A DNA stretch of 59,386 bases from Neoechinorhynchus agilis. Taxonomy: Eukaryota; Animalia; Acanthocephala. Positions within the stretch are counted from its first letter, which is position 1; every line of letters begins with the position of its first letter. Made by a program: the position numbers and the translations under genes. The DNA lies in contig JBMGUZ010000011.1 in NCBI GenBank assembly GCA_051530055.1, positions 1-59,386 on the forward strand. The letters run 5' to 3'. The notes below the pieces were generated by a model. It was not told the origin of the DNA. It made no database searches and was given only the letters and a program-made list of their open reading frames with translations. Positions 13,005-26,582 of this stretch are shown here, in pieces.

Positions 13005-15156
13005 TTAATTTTGCCTTCGCTTCGTATTGTACATTATTAAATAATCATTTTGGGCACTGGTAAGATTTACTCTCGGACCCACGTACGGAATCCGCTTGGT
13101 AGCCATGTACGGAATCAGCTTCGTCCAAAAGAAATCGAGTATTCGCTCCATGGATTCCTCGTCAAACGATGTTCCCTCTCGTAGTTTTTTAACGATATCA
13201 CGAGCACCAGTGAGGATTTCGCAATCAACGCCTAAAATGAGAAGAAATTTTATTTAATAAGTGAAATTGACCAGGCATTTTATTTTTTCAGAAGGAATAA
13301 AGTTCCATTGGGACACAAATAAGTCACTGAAAAGTATAATAATATCCTACCTTGAATAGTTCTCGTTTCTGTCATTGAAATGAATTTTTTAATCGTCAAA
13401 AGCATTGAAATCAACTGCTTGTAACCCATCGATTCCCGAAGATCAGTTGATGTCGATTCATTTTCTGCAGAAAAACTGATGCACGACTTTGGCAGATTTG
13501 TTCGGTGGGCGGATTGTTTATATTGGAGACTCCCAAATCTATTAATTCCGCCGTTGGTATTGCCGATGGATCGCCATTTCCTGTTGTTAGATTTAAATGC
13601 CGTCTATCGATCCTTTGACTTTCAATTATTTCCCTTAAACCGCATTTATAAGCATCGGCGACCGTGATATATTCTAGCCAACTTCTAGCATTATTAAATA
13701 TTCGTTCCTCCAAATCTTCGGGAGTGTACGGTAGCACATATTGACTATTAACAATTAAATCTCTTCTAAATACCGAAATTATAAGCTTTAAATAAATTTA
13801 GAGTAACTCACAGTTCGTTTAGTGTTTGAGCTCGTATTTGACACGTCTCTTCCGTTTGTTGAATCTGCTGAGGTTGATGCTGCTGCAGTGGTTGGCGTTC
13901 AGAATCTTGTTCCGAGTTTTGATCGTTTCTGATTGAAACTTCAGAATTTCCTGATTCAATTACTACTGCTTCCGGCGGAAGGTATATTCCTTCCGTTTCA
14001 CTTGAATATAAAAGTTCCCTTCGTCTCTTTTCAATATTTGTTCTTATATTCTGCATAAATTCATTGGAAATTTTGACATATTCTGAAATGTTTCGCGCTT
14101 CATTGAATAGAAAATTTCTTCTACTAGTTCGGAGATGTATGTACATGCAATCAAATCATCATTGCGAACCATATCTCCTCTTCGAAAATAAACGAATTCC
14201 AAAGCTAGAAATGTATTTAGAACAACTTACAGTGCGTTTATAGTTTGCAATCGAACTTGTGTTAAAGACATCTCTTCCGTTTGTTGAATCTGCTGAGGTT
14301 GATGCTGCTGCAGTGGTTGGCGTTCAGAATCTTGTTCCGTATTTGGATGGCTTGTGTTTACAACTTCAGAATTTCCCGATTCAATTACTTCTGCCTGGGC
14401 GTTACCACCTCGTGCTTCTTCGTTTAAACTCCGCCCTCGGTGTATTGTCTCTTCTTCTAATGTTGCTCTTATCATGCGGGCATACTCCTCAGTTGTTGTT
14501 AAATCATTCCACCCAATTATCTTTTTCATCAAATATGTCTTGCTCCATATCTTCTAGAGCGTTTGGTATCCACAAATCATAATTCGGAACCATTTCTCTT
14601 CTGGAAAAAATTAAAATATTACACTCAAAAACTTAAGAACTTACAATGTATTTATAGTTCGGATGCGTGCCTGGCGATGAAGGCCATCCATATTTCGAGG
14701 ATTTGGTGGCAACAGTTGCTGGCGCATTTGTATGTTTTGAGGTCTAAACATAATGGGCTGCGTCCAGTATTGACTTTGGGGTTGACTACTCTGATAAAGG
14801 TGATGTTGTTCCTGTGGAGCGAATCGATAAGGAATAATCGGAGCTCTTTGTGGGGCTTGAACAAAACGGGGTTGTCCGAAAAAAGAGACTTGTTGATTTG
14901 GATATTGATTTATTGGTAGATTGTTCGATATCTGCGGTTGTTGGACTTGGGATTGATACTGACCAGCAATTTGATTGGGATCGAATTGTGGCTGCATTTG
15001 GTATTGCTGAGGGACCCTTGGAAGCCATTGAAACATGCTGCCTGGTTGAGGATTTCCCATATTTTGATAAGGATTTGGCTGCTGTGGGTGTTGCCCGAAA
15101 TTGTTTCCTTGGTATACCGGTTGCTGTCCAGTGTTAAATGGATTTGGAGGTTGCAT
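13005..15156 (-). pseudogene. Orphan Q-rich repeated-exon gene, copy 2 (several indels)
   Basis: Frameshifting indels in exons 2-3 relative to copies 1 and 3, e.g. ~14110-14150 and ~14500. Could be consensus errors. Confidence 0.5.
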
Positions 15157-16866
15157 TTGAATTACACCTAAAAATACGAATGGCGGTCGATGTTACGTTA
15201 GCAAATAAGTTATTGAGCCGCAATGTTAAACATTATTTTTGTTTTCTATCGATAAAATTAAAAAAAGTGGCGGTTTGGGACTTCATCGACGAAGACGAAA
15301 TGGATGCAGAATACTTTATTTTAGTTAGGTACAAAAAATGTTCTTCTATTCGGAAGGGGTAAATTCGACCTCGGAATATTGATAAATATTTTGGAAAATC
15401 TTTGGAAAATCTTAGATTTTTGTGTTGTAATAATTTTTGCAAGTTGATTCATTAGCATTTTTAAAAGTTTGTAATCAGTCTTCTCCTAAGGTTAAAAATC
15501 TCAAGGAAATTTAAATACAGAGAAAATGTATTAAATGATCAACTAACGATGGAATTTTTCACCCATTCCTTAATGATTTTCGTATTTTTATGCGATCGCT
15601 TTATTTAGTTTTTTAAAGCTAAACATAAGTTTTACTGGCGATTTTTTTGCACTATTGAAGATGGAAAATTTGGCCAAAAACGTAAAAAAGTTTTTATTGT
15701 ATTTCACTATTTTCAATAAGTTTTCGTTCAAATATGTCCTCGGGCAGACCAGCAAAGTCATAATTCTTAAAGATTCAATTGAAAAAAACTGTGATTTCGA
15801 TGAAATATAAAGCCAATAGGAAAGATGATCTCATTTTAATAGAAATCGGATTTGAACTTAGGTCTTTTCATTGAGGAAATTGAACATTTATTTGACTCGA
15901 GAATTGATGATGTGTATTTTCAAATGATTTACTGGTTTTCAGTCACAAAAAAGGTTAGTAAATTTTATGATTGACATTCATCGAAGACGTCTTCTTCAGA
16001 TTCAACTGCTCTGAATTTTATCTCGAACATCTGAGCAGTTTTAATCTAGAAAGTACGAGACGTTCTTGAAGAGTTTAAATAAATCCAATAATCGTTAAGT
16101 TGCCATTTTTGTTTAATTTTAACGGGTTTTAACTTGCAGACGTTTACAAAAGGCGATTCCGCGAAGTCCAATGATTCGTGGGCTGTACTTGAATTCTTCT
16201 TAAAGGTCAACTTAAAAGTCCCGCCGCCGTAACGAACTCCAGCATTCCCGCTTTATATTTTGAACTAGAAATCGGAATATCTGAAGTGGAAAATTTCTAA
16301 CGATAATTTGATTTCGATGCTGGTAGTCGTTTAAATTCTTAACTTCATTTGAGCGATAGTGAATTATTAGCGAACGGTGTTAAAGTGATTTTCGCCAATG
16401 ACTGCTTTCCCACTTTTTTTAGGGTGTTATAAATTTTGAAAACTCGAATGTTTCGCTACATTGCTCATTGAAATTCCAAATCATTTCAATAGAAAACAAA
16501 TTCGATATCTAATATTTTTCTATTATTGACCAGATAATCGTAACTCTCGAAGAGAAAATCGCAATGTCATGAAATTTCATTTTATCCACGATTCCGAGAT
16601 GCGTTTACAATGCGAGATTTAGAACATTTGGTCCTTTAAAGTATTTTAACTTATTTTAATGCATCTTTCGCCCACTGTCGTCCGTTTCCCCCATTTAAAA
16701 CCTTTCAATGATTCACCAATTTACATGGTACACACAACAAATACGAAAAAGTCATTTTTTTTTAAAATTTCATCCTTCCATCACAAATATCAAATGAAAT
16801 CTCTTCGGTTCTTGCATCTTGAACCTCATCGATTGTAGTTTCTCTTATCCATTGTTACGAGCAACC

Positions 16867-19013
16867 TTAATTTTGCCTTCGCTTCGTATTGTACATTATT
16901 AAATAATCATTTTGGGCACTGGTAAGATTTACTCTCGGACCCACGTACGGAATCCGCTTGGTAGCCATGTACGGAATCAGCTTCGTCCAAAAGAAATCGA
17001 GTATTCGCTCCATGGATTCCTCGTCAAACGATGTTCCCTCTCGTAGTTTTTTAACGATATCACGAGCACCAGTGAGGATTTCGCAATCAACGCCTAAAAT
17101 GAGAAGAAATTTTATTTAATAAGTGAAATTGACCAGGCATTTTATTTTTTCAGAAGGAATAAAGTTCCATTGGGACACAAATAAGTCACTGAAAAGTATA
17201 ATAATATCCTACCTTGAATAGTTCTCGTTTCTGTCATTGAAATGAATTTTTTAATCGTCAAAAGCATTGAAATCAACTGCTTGTAACCCATCGATTCCCG
17301 AAGATCAGTTGATGTCGATTCATTTTCTGCAGAAAAAACTGATGCACGACTTTGGCAGATTTGTTCGGTGGGCGGATTGTTTATATTGGAGACTCCCAAA
17401 TCTATTAATTCCGCCGTTGGTATTGCCGATGGATCGCCATTTCCTGTTGTTAGATTTAAATGCCGTCTATCGATCCTTTGACTTTCAATTATTTCCCTTA
17501 AACCGCATTTATAAGCATCGGCGACCGTGATATATTCTAGCCAACTTCTAGCATTATTAAATATTCGTTCCTCCAAATCTTCGGGAGTGTACGGTAGCAC
17601 ATATTGACTATTAACAATTAAATCTCTTCTAAATACCGAAATTATAAGCTTTAAATAAATTTAGAGTAACTCACAGTTCGTTTAGTGTTTGAGCTCGTAT
17701 TTGACACGTCTCTTCCGTTTGTTGAATCTGCTGAGGTTGATGCTGCTGCAGTGGTTGGCGTTCAGAATCTTGTTCCGAGTTTTGATCGTTTCTGATTGAA
17801 ACTTCAGAATTTCCCGATTCAATTACTACTGCTTCCGGCGGAAGGTATATTCCTTCCGTTTCACTTGAATATAAAAGTTCCCTTCGTCTCTTTTCAATAT
17901 TTGTTCTTATATTCTGCATAAATTCATTGGAAATTTTGACATATTCTGAAATGTTTCGCGCTTCATTGAATAGAATTTCTTCTACTAGTTCCGGAGATGT
18001 ATGTACAATCAAATCATCATTGCGAACCATATCTCCTCTTCGAAAATAAACGGAATTTAAAGCTAGAAATGTATTTAGAACAACTTACAGTGCGTTTATA
18101 GTTTGCAATCGAACTTGTGTTAAAGACATCTCTTCCGTTAGATGAATCTGCTGAGGTTGATGCTGCTGCAGTGGTTGGCGTTCAGAATCTTGTTCCGTAT
18201 TTGGATGGCTTGTGTTTACAACTTCAGAATTTCCCGATTCAATTACTTCTGCCTGAGCGTTACCACCTCGTGCTTCTTCGTTTAAACTCCGCCCTCGGTG
18301 TATTGTCTCTTCTTCTAATGTTGCTCTTATCATGCGGGCATACTCCTCGGTTGTTGTTAGATATTCCACCCAATTATCTTTTTCATCAAATATGTCTTGC
18401 TCCATATCTTCTAGAGCGTTTGGTATCCACAAATCATAATTCGGAACCATTTCTCTTCTGGAAAAAATTAAAATATTACACTCAAAAACTTAAGAACTTA
18501 CAATGTATTTATAGTTCGGATGCGTGCCTGGCGATGAAGGCCATCCATATTTCGAGGATTTGGTGGCAACAGTTGCTGGCGCATTTGTATGTTTTGAGGT
18601 CTAAACATAATGGGCTGCGTCCAGTATTGACTTTGGGGTTGACTACTCTGATAAAGGTGATGTTGTTCCTGTGGAGCGAATCGATAAGGAACAATCGGAG
18701 CTCTTTGTGGGGCTTGAACAAAACGGGGTTGTCCGAAAAAAGAGACTTGTTGATTTGGATATTGATTTATTGGTAGATTGTTCGATATCTGCGGTTGTTG
18801 GACTTGGGATTGATACTGACCAGCAATTTGATTGGGATCGAATTGTGGCTGCATTTGGTATTGCTGAGGGACCCTTGGAAGCCATTGAAACATGCTGCCT
18901 GGTTGAGGATTTCCCATATTTTGATAAGGATTTGGCTGCTGTGGGTGTTGCCCGAAATTGTTTCCTTGGTATACCGGTTGCTGTCCAGTGTTAAATGGAT
19001 TTGGAGGTTGCAT
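16867..19013 (-). CDS. Orphan protein: Q/P/N-rich exon 1, three homologous ~115-aa exons, then a distinct exon; copy 3 appears intact; 3' end uncertain
   Basis: MQPPNPFNTGQQ.. then GT-AG phase-2 introns join RIRTINTL/REMVPNYDLWIP.., LQTINAL/GDMVRNDDLIVH.. and AQTLNEL/RDLIVNSQYVLP.. in frame, followed by GVDCEILTGARD.. Confidence 0.75.
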
Positions 19014-20247
19014 TTGAATTACACCTAAAAATACGAATGGCGGTCGATGTTACGTTAGCAAATAAGTTATTGAGCCGCAATGTTAAACATTATTTTTGTT
19101 TTCTATCGATAAAATTAAAAAAAGTGGCGGTTTGGGACTTCATCGACGAAGACGAAATGGATGCAGAATACTTTATTTTAGTTAGGTACAAAAAATGTTC
19201 TTCTATTCGGAAGGGGTAAATTCGACCTCGGAATATTGATAAATATTTTGGAAAATCTTAATACTTTATTGATTTGTGGTCTCGTTGATTTTACCAAAAT
19301 ATTTTTTTATGTAATAAGTTTTCGTAAATAAATTCGAAGTCTAATGAGTGAGTGTTATTGCCGTTGATCTAATAAATCGCTATGGTTATTCTCCTTACGA
19401 CTTTATTTTCATCGGGTTTTTGAAATTAAACTCCCCAAATTGACCAAAAAAGGATAACAGGGATCCTTTTTTAATTAAATAATGCCGTTAGAAAATCAAA
19501 GATAAATATTTATGTTTTTACCCGAATTAAAAACCTACCTTTTTAATATTAATATTTATTCCAGTAGTCTTGATTTTATATGTTGATGTAATTTGATTTG
19601 TTTATGAAGGATACGCAAAAACGTATCATCGATATCTTTATACATTGGCTACATGGAATTGATTGCGAGTTTATTGTTTTTCAGAATACCTGCGGAATCA
19701 TTAATGAATGGATTTAGTGACTGATTATAATAGAATATTGATGTAGTCCTCTCAGTGATATATTGAAAAGTTTTAAAGTATTTTAAAAGCGATGGAGAGT
19801 TTGAAAGTTTCACGATTGCCCGTTAAAATCTATGCTTATAAAGTCCAAAATGCAAGCAAATTTTCAATGGAAGATTAAAATTGCATAAGATCTAACAAAC
19901 CAGTTCTGCTTTACGTGAAAATGGATTTTAAGTTTTATTTCTCAAAAAAGTTGTTCGATGGGCCTCCAGGGATGTACTTAGAATTAAAGACAAAATTTGT
20001 TAGTTTAGCACCCAACAGTATTTTTTTGGAATTATAACAATGTGCCGTTTGTTCACTTTTCTTGCTTATAGGCTTCATATTGCTGACTTTTATGAAGTAA
20101 CACAACGCTCTCATTAAAGACATCCTGGCTTGTAGCAGTTCTTATATATTTGGGCGGATTTTCGTTACTTTAATTAGGTTTTAATATAGAGTTCATGCTT
20201 ACGTTAATGGCGCAAATACTTGTTCCTCGCTTGAATCTTCAAAAATC

Positions 20248-22923
20248 TCAGAATTCACTAAATAAGCGGATTTTAGTTTTGGTGAATTCAATAATAAAAG
20301 TACCATATTGGTCGTTATTTTTTTGGCTGTAAAGTTTATCGAAACGCATTGATGATAATTTCATCTTACTTCTTTGATCGTATGCAATCTCACTTCTTAA
20401 TGAATCACAGCAACCATTTTCAAAAGATGAAGCAAGTACAATTCGGGAATAAAAGAAATTGGTTTTTCTGATAAACTGGGAAATAATAGACCAATTCAAA
20501 GTTAAAACGTGTTTAAAAATGGATGCTACATACAAGTCGCCTAATCGTTTAAAGTTCATGAAGTGATAGTTTCGCATGGATCGTATAATTGTTACCTTTA
20601 GGGCTGAATTGGGCATTGATTTGAAGTCTGAGTAAACGCATATATCGCCGATCCCATCAACTTCAGCGGTGTGATCTCGGAAAAATTGGACGTATTTCCG
20701 AGCGTTTTGTTTTATGTGAAAATAGAAAATGAAAGGAGTGATTAGTGGACTTAGGAGTTCTTTCAAAACATAAACAACTTTAAAAGGTAACAATTGCTCA
20801 ATCTCAGCGCGGACTTCGGGTCTAGATGCACTGACGTACCAGTTGGGTGGACCGTATACTAGTGATCTTTTATCTGAGAGACATTCCTCGAAAAAGATCA
20901 CTAGTCTAATGTATCTGGCGAATCAGAAGCTCTAATGCTTCTCTGGATGGATTGAGTTCTCTCTGTTAAAAGGAGTTTAAAGCTCGAATGAAGCATTGCA
21001 GAAGTAAACCTCATCAACTAGGACATTTTGGAGTAAGTTGTAGAATACACCAATAATGGTAAGGGAAAGCACGACTCCTTCCTTGAGAAGAACATCAGGT
21101 TCGAATAGTGAAGCAAGAAATATTAGAGCTCCTATTGGGCCAATAATCTTTAAAGCAAACGATACCAATGCATTCTTTAATGGACTAAAGTTAGTGTCAA
21201 GGTAATGAACACCTAGTTCGTATGCTCGTCGTAGCCTAGCATCGAGTTCGTGATCCAATTCGTTTAGATGCCTGATATAAAGACGACCGTACGGACTCCA
21301 TGTTCGTTTTGATAGAAAACTCGGATTAGTCCGGATGGATTGAGTGTAAGTATAGAACAGATCGATTGCCCCCAGGAGAACGATACCTGGACTGAGGATG
21401 AAAAGTGGAACCGATAGTTGCAACGCTTTATTCGTCAATCTATTTTAAGGAGAAGAAAGTACGTGTACGAGATCGACTTACAATTGTTCAATCAAGTATT
21501 CATCTCGCGCGGATCTTACATTCGGTTGAAGATGCCATTTATCTTTAAAGATAATCCCACTTTCTAAAAGAAAACTTTTAATGCTTTCTCAATCTTCTTA
21601 CGGTTGGAAATTAAAAACATTGAAAGGAATGCTTACTAAAGACAACATATCTGAACATCCATCCAAAAAGTTGAGTGTAATATGTCCTATGAAAATAGAA
21701 ATACGAACTAAAAAGCAAAATATCTTACACTTCACCCAGAAATGGTAAATGGAAAACAGGTCGAATTAGTCCATAATTGACGAGGGACACTTCGTAGTTC
21801 ACATATCGTAGCATTCGGTTATGTATGTCAAGCTTAGAAACATTAACATTATGCTGACAGTAGCAATGTTCACGTTGTCCAGCAATCATCTTGTCCTGAA
21901 TCTGATCCCACGTCATGTACCTCAGAGATTCCTACTTTATGGATATTGAGGTTAAAAGAATAGGGGGATAGTGTCACCTCATCGTTTATATTTAAGACAA
22001 GTGTGTAGAATCGTTTTATATTTGAATACTGCATGAGCTTTTCGATGCCTCGAACCGCTTTATAGAAAGCAAATCCTATTGACATCATAGTAAGAATCCA
22101 TGTAAATATATTTGTCCTTTTAGTAAATCAAAGAAATATTTAAATTAGAAAATGGTCGTTTTTGTACCGTTTGACGCAAATAGAAGGAGGAATTAGAAGA
22201 GTTCTGCTAGTATTGTGTGAGTTATTGTAGTCAACACAGTGAATAACAACAATTGTCAAAATTGTCGCAAACAAAATGTAGCTGAAAACCATGAAATATT
22301 ATTGGACAAAAATTAATTTCTCAATATGAAGTTACATTATTTAATAGGACAAAAAGTAGAAAAATGGCATTTTGATTTACTAATCTTTTTTTTCAAAATT
22401 ATTGTTTAGAAGTCTTCATTCGGTAAATGATTTTTTATTAAAGATTTTTCTTAAACCTCTTCTGGTTCTTCATCAATTTGTTCTAATAACGATGATGAAC
22501 CTGACGAGGTTCGAGTCTTTTTTAATCGAAATAATCATTTACCGCACGTGTAAACTTCTAAACAATAATTATTTAAATAGACATTTTAGTTTTCTTCATT
22601 TAGACTTTAGACGCAAACGCACAGTATTGAGAATGCAATATTAGCAGATTTACACAATAATCCATGATCCTTATAATAATTGTACACATCCTGATAGAGT
22701 TGGTCAAGGTCGTCGAATAAGGGCAAACTTCGCCTTCCTAGAGATTTAAACATTAATTTTAATACGAATTCTAGGAGAAAAAATTACCGTTTCGCTGTTC
22801 AATCTCAAAAGTGTGCATTTCATTTTCGTTTGGATCGATCAAAGGAACGTCGTCTTGAGTCTCTATAATGATTTCTTCAATTCGACCAAGTTTGTCGGAA
22901 TGATAACCCAACGATTGTCGCAT
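20248..22923 (-). CDS. ATG9: Autophagy lipid scramblase ATG9, multi-exon; last exon uncertain
   Basis: ATG at 22923. FDDLDQLYQDVYNYYKDHGLLC, IHCVDY, TWDQIQDKMI..LDIHNRMLRYVNY, WSPYGRLYIRHLNELDHEL and KELLSPLITPFI..FFRDHTAEVDGIGDIC match ATG9 family blocks. Confidence 0.92.
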
Positions 22924-23019
22924 ATCTTAAAATATTCGAGCATTTTATTCGAAAGTGGGTTCAAATAAATACATTTTATCGCAAAAGGACAAAATGCAGG
23001 GACCTAAGTCGAAATCATT

Positions 23020-23250
23020 ATTTTGTTACCTTTGGCGATAAGACACTCGAGTCGGTTGGTACCGCGGCATAGGACCTGGTCAATAAATTTTCTAAGAGAT
23101 TGAGACGAATCACTGGCGATCCGAGATCAGGAGCATTCCTCCTACAAAACATAAGTCTAACTAAGCAACGGGACGGAACGCTGCATCCGTCCTTTCGACC
23201 GTTACACCACTAAGGCAGTTGAGTGATCCAGAGCGGTGGTGTCAATGATT
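23020..23250 (+). mobile_element. Decayed 3' end of a CRE-like element
   Basis: VPFG..TLESVG..LRRITGDPRSGAFLLQNISL..GNAASV, homologous to 37990-38200. Confidence 0.75.
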
Positions 23251-25776
23251 TTTTATTCTTATTGGATGATTACTAAGACAGTGTGAAGATAAAACAATAA
23301 TCTTTGACGAATTTAATTTGTTTTTCCAGAGAATTAGATTATTAATATTCTGGCAAATACATATCGCCTAACTCCGCCTAAATGACTTTAAAGTTACGCT
23401 TAAAATAAAAATATGAACCGCTTCGATATTTTCAATAACATCAATTTTTGGTCAGTAAATTAAAAAGCGTTATAAAGGCCAAAGTTTTTGGAAAAGAGAA
23501 TACCGAACAAATTTGGAGAATAGCGCTTCCAGAGTCACTCATCGCTCCATGTCGTTGAGTTTAATCATTTAGCAAAAAGAAAACTTCCTCGAACGCAGAT
23601 GCTTCAAACGTTCATATTTAGTTAACATCGAATTAAAAGTAAAACGATAGACTGAACACCGATTAAAAGCAAATATTGCTTAGCATGGAAATTTTCAAAA
23701 AATCTAAAATAGCATTAATGGCATAGGGTGATATTTCTACGTCCTCGGGGAGATAAATTTTAAATAAAGTGGTTTGAAAGCTTGCAAATATAGCGTAAAA
23801 TCGCTTATTCCTTCACAATGGACATAAACGACGGTAAGGATTTTTATATGATAATTTCCAGTGGGTAAATTCAACGAAAAGCTAATTTTATTCAAGTTTG
23901 AAATTTTATGCTTTTCACCTAGTGTAAAAATTAGAAGGATTTATTGATTTCAATTTTGTGCCTTTATCAAGGTTGTTAAAGTGTTAAGATTGCACTAAAT
24001 CCTTTTAATTGTTACGACAGATGCAAACACGAACAATTCAATCGTTTAATTTACTTTTCGAGTGATCATCGTAATTTTTGTTTACTTTGTTGAATCCTTT
24101 TGCACTCCTACACTAAAAAGCTTTTAAATTCTCTGATTTTCCTGACTGTCTTATCGTAATTTTTTAAAACTTGTCTCAAATTAAGTAACATGAACGTGGA
24201 AATTGAATTCGGCGTAAGATTGCATTTTAAGGAAGGTAAAAAATGCCCATTGGAATCAAAAATCGTTCTGAACTATTGACGCTTCTTACCGAAATAAAAA
24301 CTGTTTTCTATTTCGTGTTATTAAATTTAAGAATCATGGGAAATCAGAAAATTTATCCTTCAGAGGCAGTTCAGAATTCAATAGAGCGGTCAACAGTCTC
24401 CAAATAGCAAAAATCATGAACACATCACTTCGCTTTTTTTAGATTATCGAACTGTATTGTGGTTTGAAAGAAAAGGCGAAAAATGTTTCAGCATCGTAAA
24501 TTTTGCTCCGAAATTTCCCAATCCTGATACATATCGTGCAATTGTCGTAAACTTCCACTATAAAAAGCTATCACTTTGTTCTCTTTTGTACAAGCTTCAA
24601 GGAGAACGATATACTGAATTTTACGCTTTTCTGCTTAAAGACTAAATTCGACGCATTAAAGGAATTTTCATAATTTTTTTGGACGTTCACGTTTTATGTC
24701 AATCTTTATTAATCCAGAAATCATTCCAAAGATGTAATATTTCGTACTAAGACGAGTAAGTGTCAAAGTGTTTCGGTCCATACAATAAAAACATATTTAG
24801 CAATAAATATGTATTTTTTAGGTCAAGAAACAGAGCTAAAGACCTATTTATCCGCTGGGGACCACTTGTCCGCCGGTTGCAACGATACGTTTTCTCTTCA
24901 TCACCAATGGGTTCTCTTTGCGATCATTTCTATAGTTTGAATCTCAACTTTCTGCACCAACAGGACCATTTGCTTTTCTTAGTTACTAAAATCAGAGTTC
25001 AAAGAAACTTGATGAACTTTTAGTCAAGAACTTTGTTGCGAAGATATTTTGAATAAAGGTTAGATGGATGCGAAGATTGTCCTCGCGGTTTTGTAGAGAT
25101 ATATCATTTAGGATTCATCTTTTTCTATTGAGCTTCGTGAGTTCTATGGAAATAAAATCGCGTAATCGAGAAAAATTCAAGATGCGAGAGCTACTAGAAC
25201 AAGACTCTAATGGCCTTTCATCGATTGCCGTTTTCCAACAGCATTAATTTGAGATATTAACTCTTTAGACATTATTCGCAGATTCGCGAAGATGTGTTGT
25301 ACTTAATATTTTTCCATCTTCGAAATTTATGTCATATCTAGGGATAAATAATTATTAAGTCGAAATAAAAAAGGAAGACATTATATCGTAATTTAGGACA
25401 CAAAGAAGACACGAATCAGATGAAAACACTATAAAGAAGTAGGTTATGGATATATTTTGTTTGGTGATGAAGAAAATAGAGATTAATTTAATATTTCGTC
25501 CGCCTCGAAGGACTTCAGGTTTAAAAGGTAGGACAAAGTAGCTCTACGTTTTTTTGCCTATAATCCGCCTTATTTGACTGGAATGTGGAGGTTGTAGAAA
25601 TCTATGCAAGGGAAATATTGAACAAATTCAAAGTGGTGCATCCACTAACATTTATTGTTCAGGAAAAATAATTATTCTGATTTAGAGCATCCCTTAGTCA
25701 GCTTTTTAGTTTTTCCATCTTGGCATGATGTCACACCATCAAATCGCTTGGACTCTGATGTGTGCGGTGAAGAGGC

Positions 25777-25882
25777 TGTACATCAATTCGGATTCTCAGA
25801 TACCTCAGGAAACTCACTGATGATACCCGCCTCCCCAGGAGATATCTGAGAAACCGGAGGGACGAGTGCAAACTCATAACCG
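25777..25882 (+). mobile_element. Fold-back partial copy of the tRNA/hammerhead element
   Basis: Inverted 3' piece CGGATTCTCAGATACCTC fused to GGAAACTCACTGATGA..GATATCTGAGAAACCGG..CAAACTCATAACCG. Confidence 0.8.
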
Positions 25883-26189
25883 CGTAGTTCATCTTACCAA
25901 GTGATCTAATGCGCTTCCCTGATGTAAGAGATCGGCGTGGCTGTGTGTCAAGAAGGAAAAGTTAAAATGCCGAGGAAGAGATTTCGTAAATCTGAATCAA
26001 TAGAACTGCCTTGCCACTAAAAACATTAAAAAATTATCTCGTGTACAAATTCTTTTCTCACAAATATTGTAAAATCAAGCACAAAAAACATCACATCGTG
26101 AAAAGTCACATTCGAAGGTCATTAACCGAAGTGGCTAAACCATTAACAAATGCCATCACATTTTGACACACAGCCATCATACGGTGGTG

Positions 26190-26260
26190 AGTTTGTACAT
26201 CCCTCAGAATCCTCCGATATCCACAGGGGTTCCGGGGAGATGCATACAAACTCATAACCG
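26190..26260. mobile_element. Two 3' ends of the same element joined back-to-back
   Basis: GAGTTTGTACATCCCTCAGAATCCTCCGATATC..GATGCATACAAACTCATAACCG. Confidence 0.65.
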
Positions 26261-26582
26261 AGGCGAGTAAGAGATGTTCTAGACATAAGAACATCACAGA
26301 TGAACAAACGGATGGCGTTTATTTACTGATTGGTTAGTATTAAACGACGACAAGTTTTCCAATCAATATGAAATGAAACATCGTCCTTGACCGAACCGGA
26401 TTTGTCTGTGTTCTTGAGTGAGAGATCAATCCAATTTGATTCCTTATATTGCTTTCTATCATAGAAGAAAGAAAATGAGGATAATAGAACTGAGATCTTT
26501 TGGCGTGATCTCAGACCCGACTGCTTGACCTTCGAAATCCACAGGGTCCATGGAAAAAAACGAGAAGTTGATAAATATTTTA

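Larger units (their letters stand above)
7718..19260. repeat. Head-to-tail triplication of a ~3.85-kb unit (7718-11565, 11566-15419, 15420-19260)
   Basis: Near-identical units each begin TTGTGTTGTAATAATTTTTGC and end GGAAAATCTTA. Both internal junctions carry the same GATTT linker. Confidence 0.97.

Noticed and set aside
7718-19260. Triplicated unit as a Helitron rolling-circle tandem
   Set aside because: No 3' CTRR with a subterminal hairpin is seen at either unit end.
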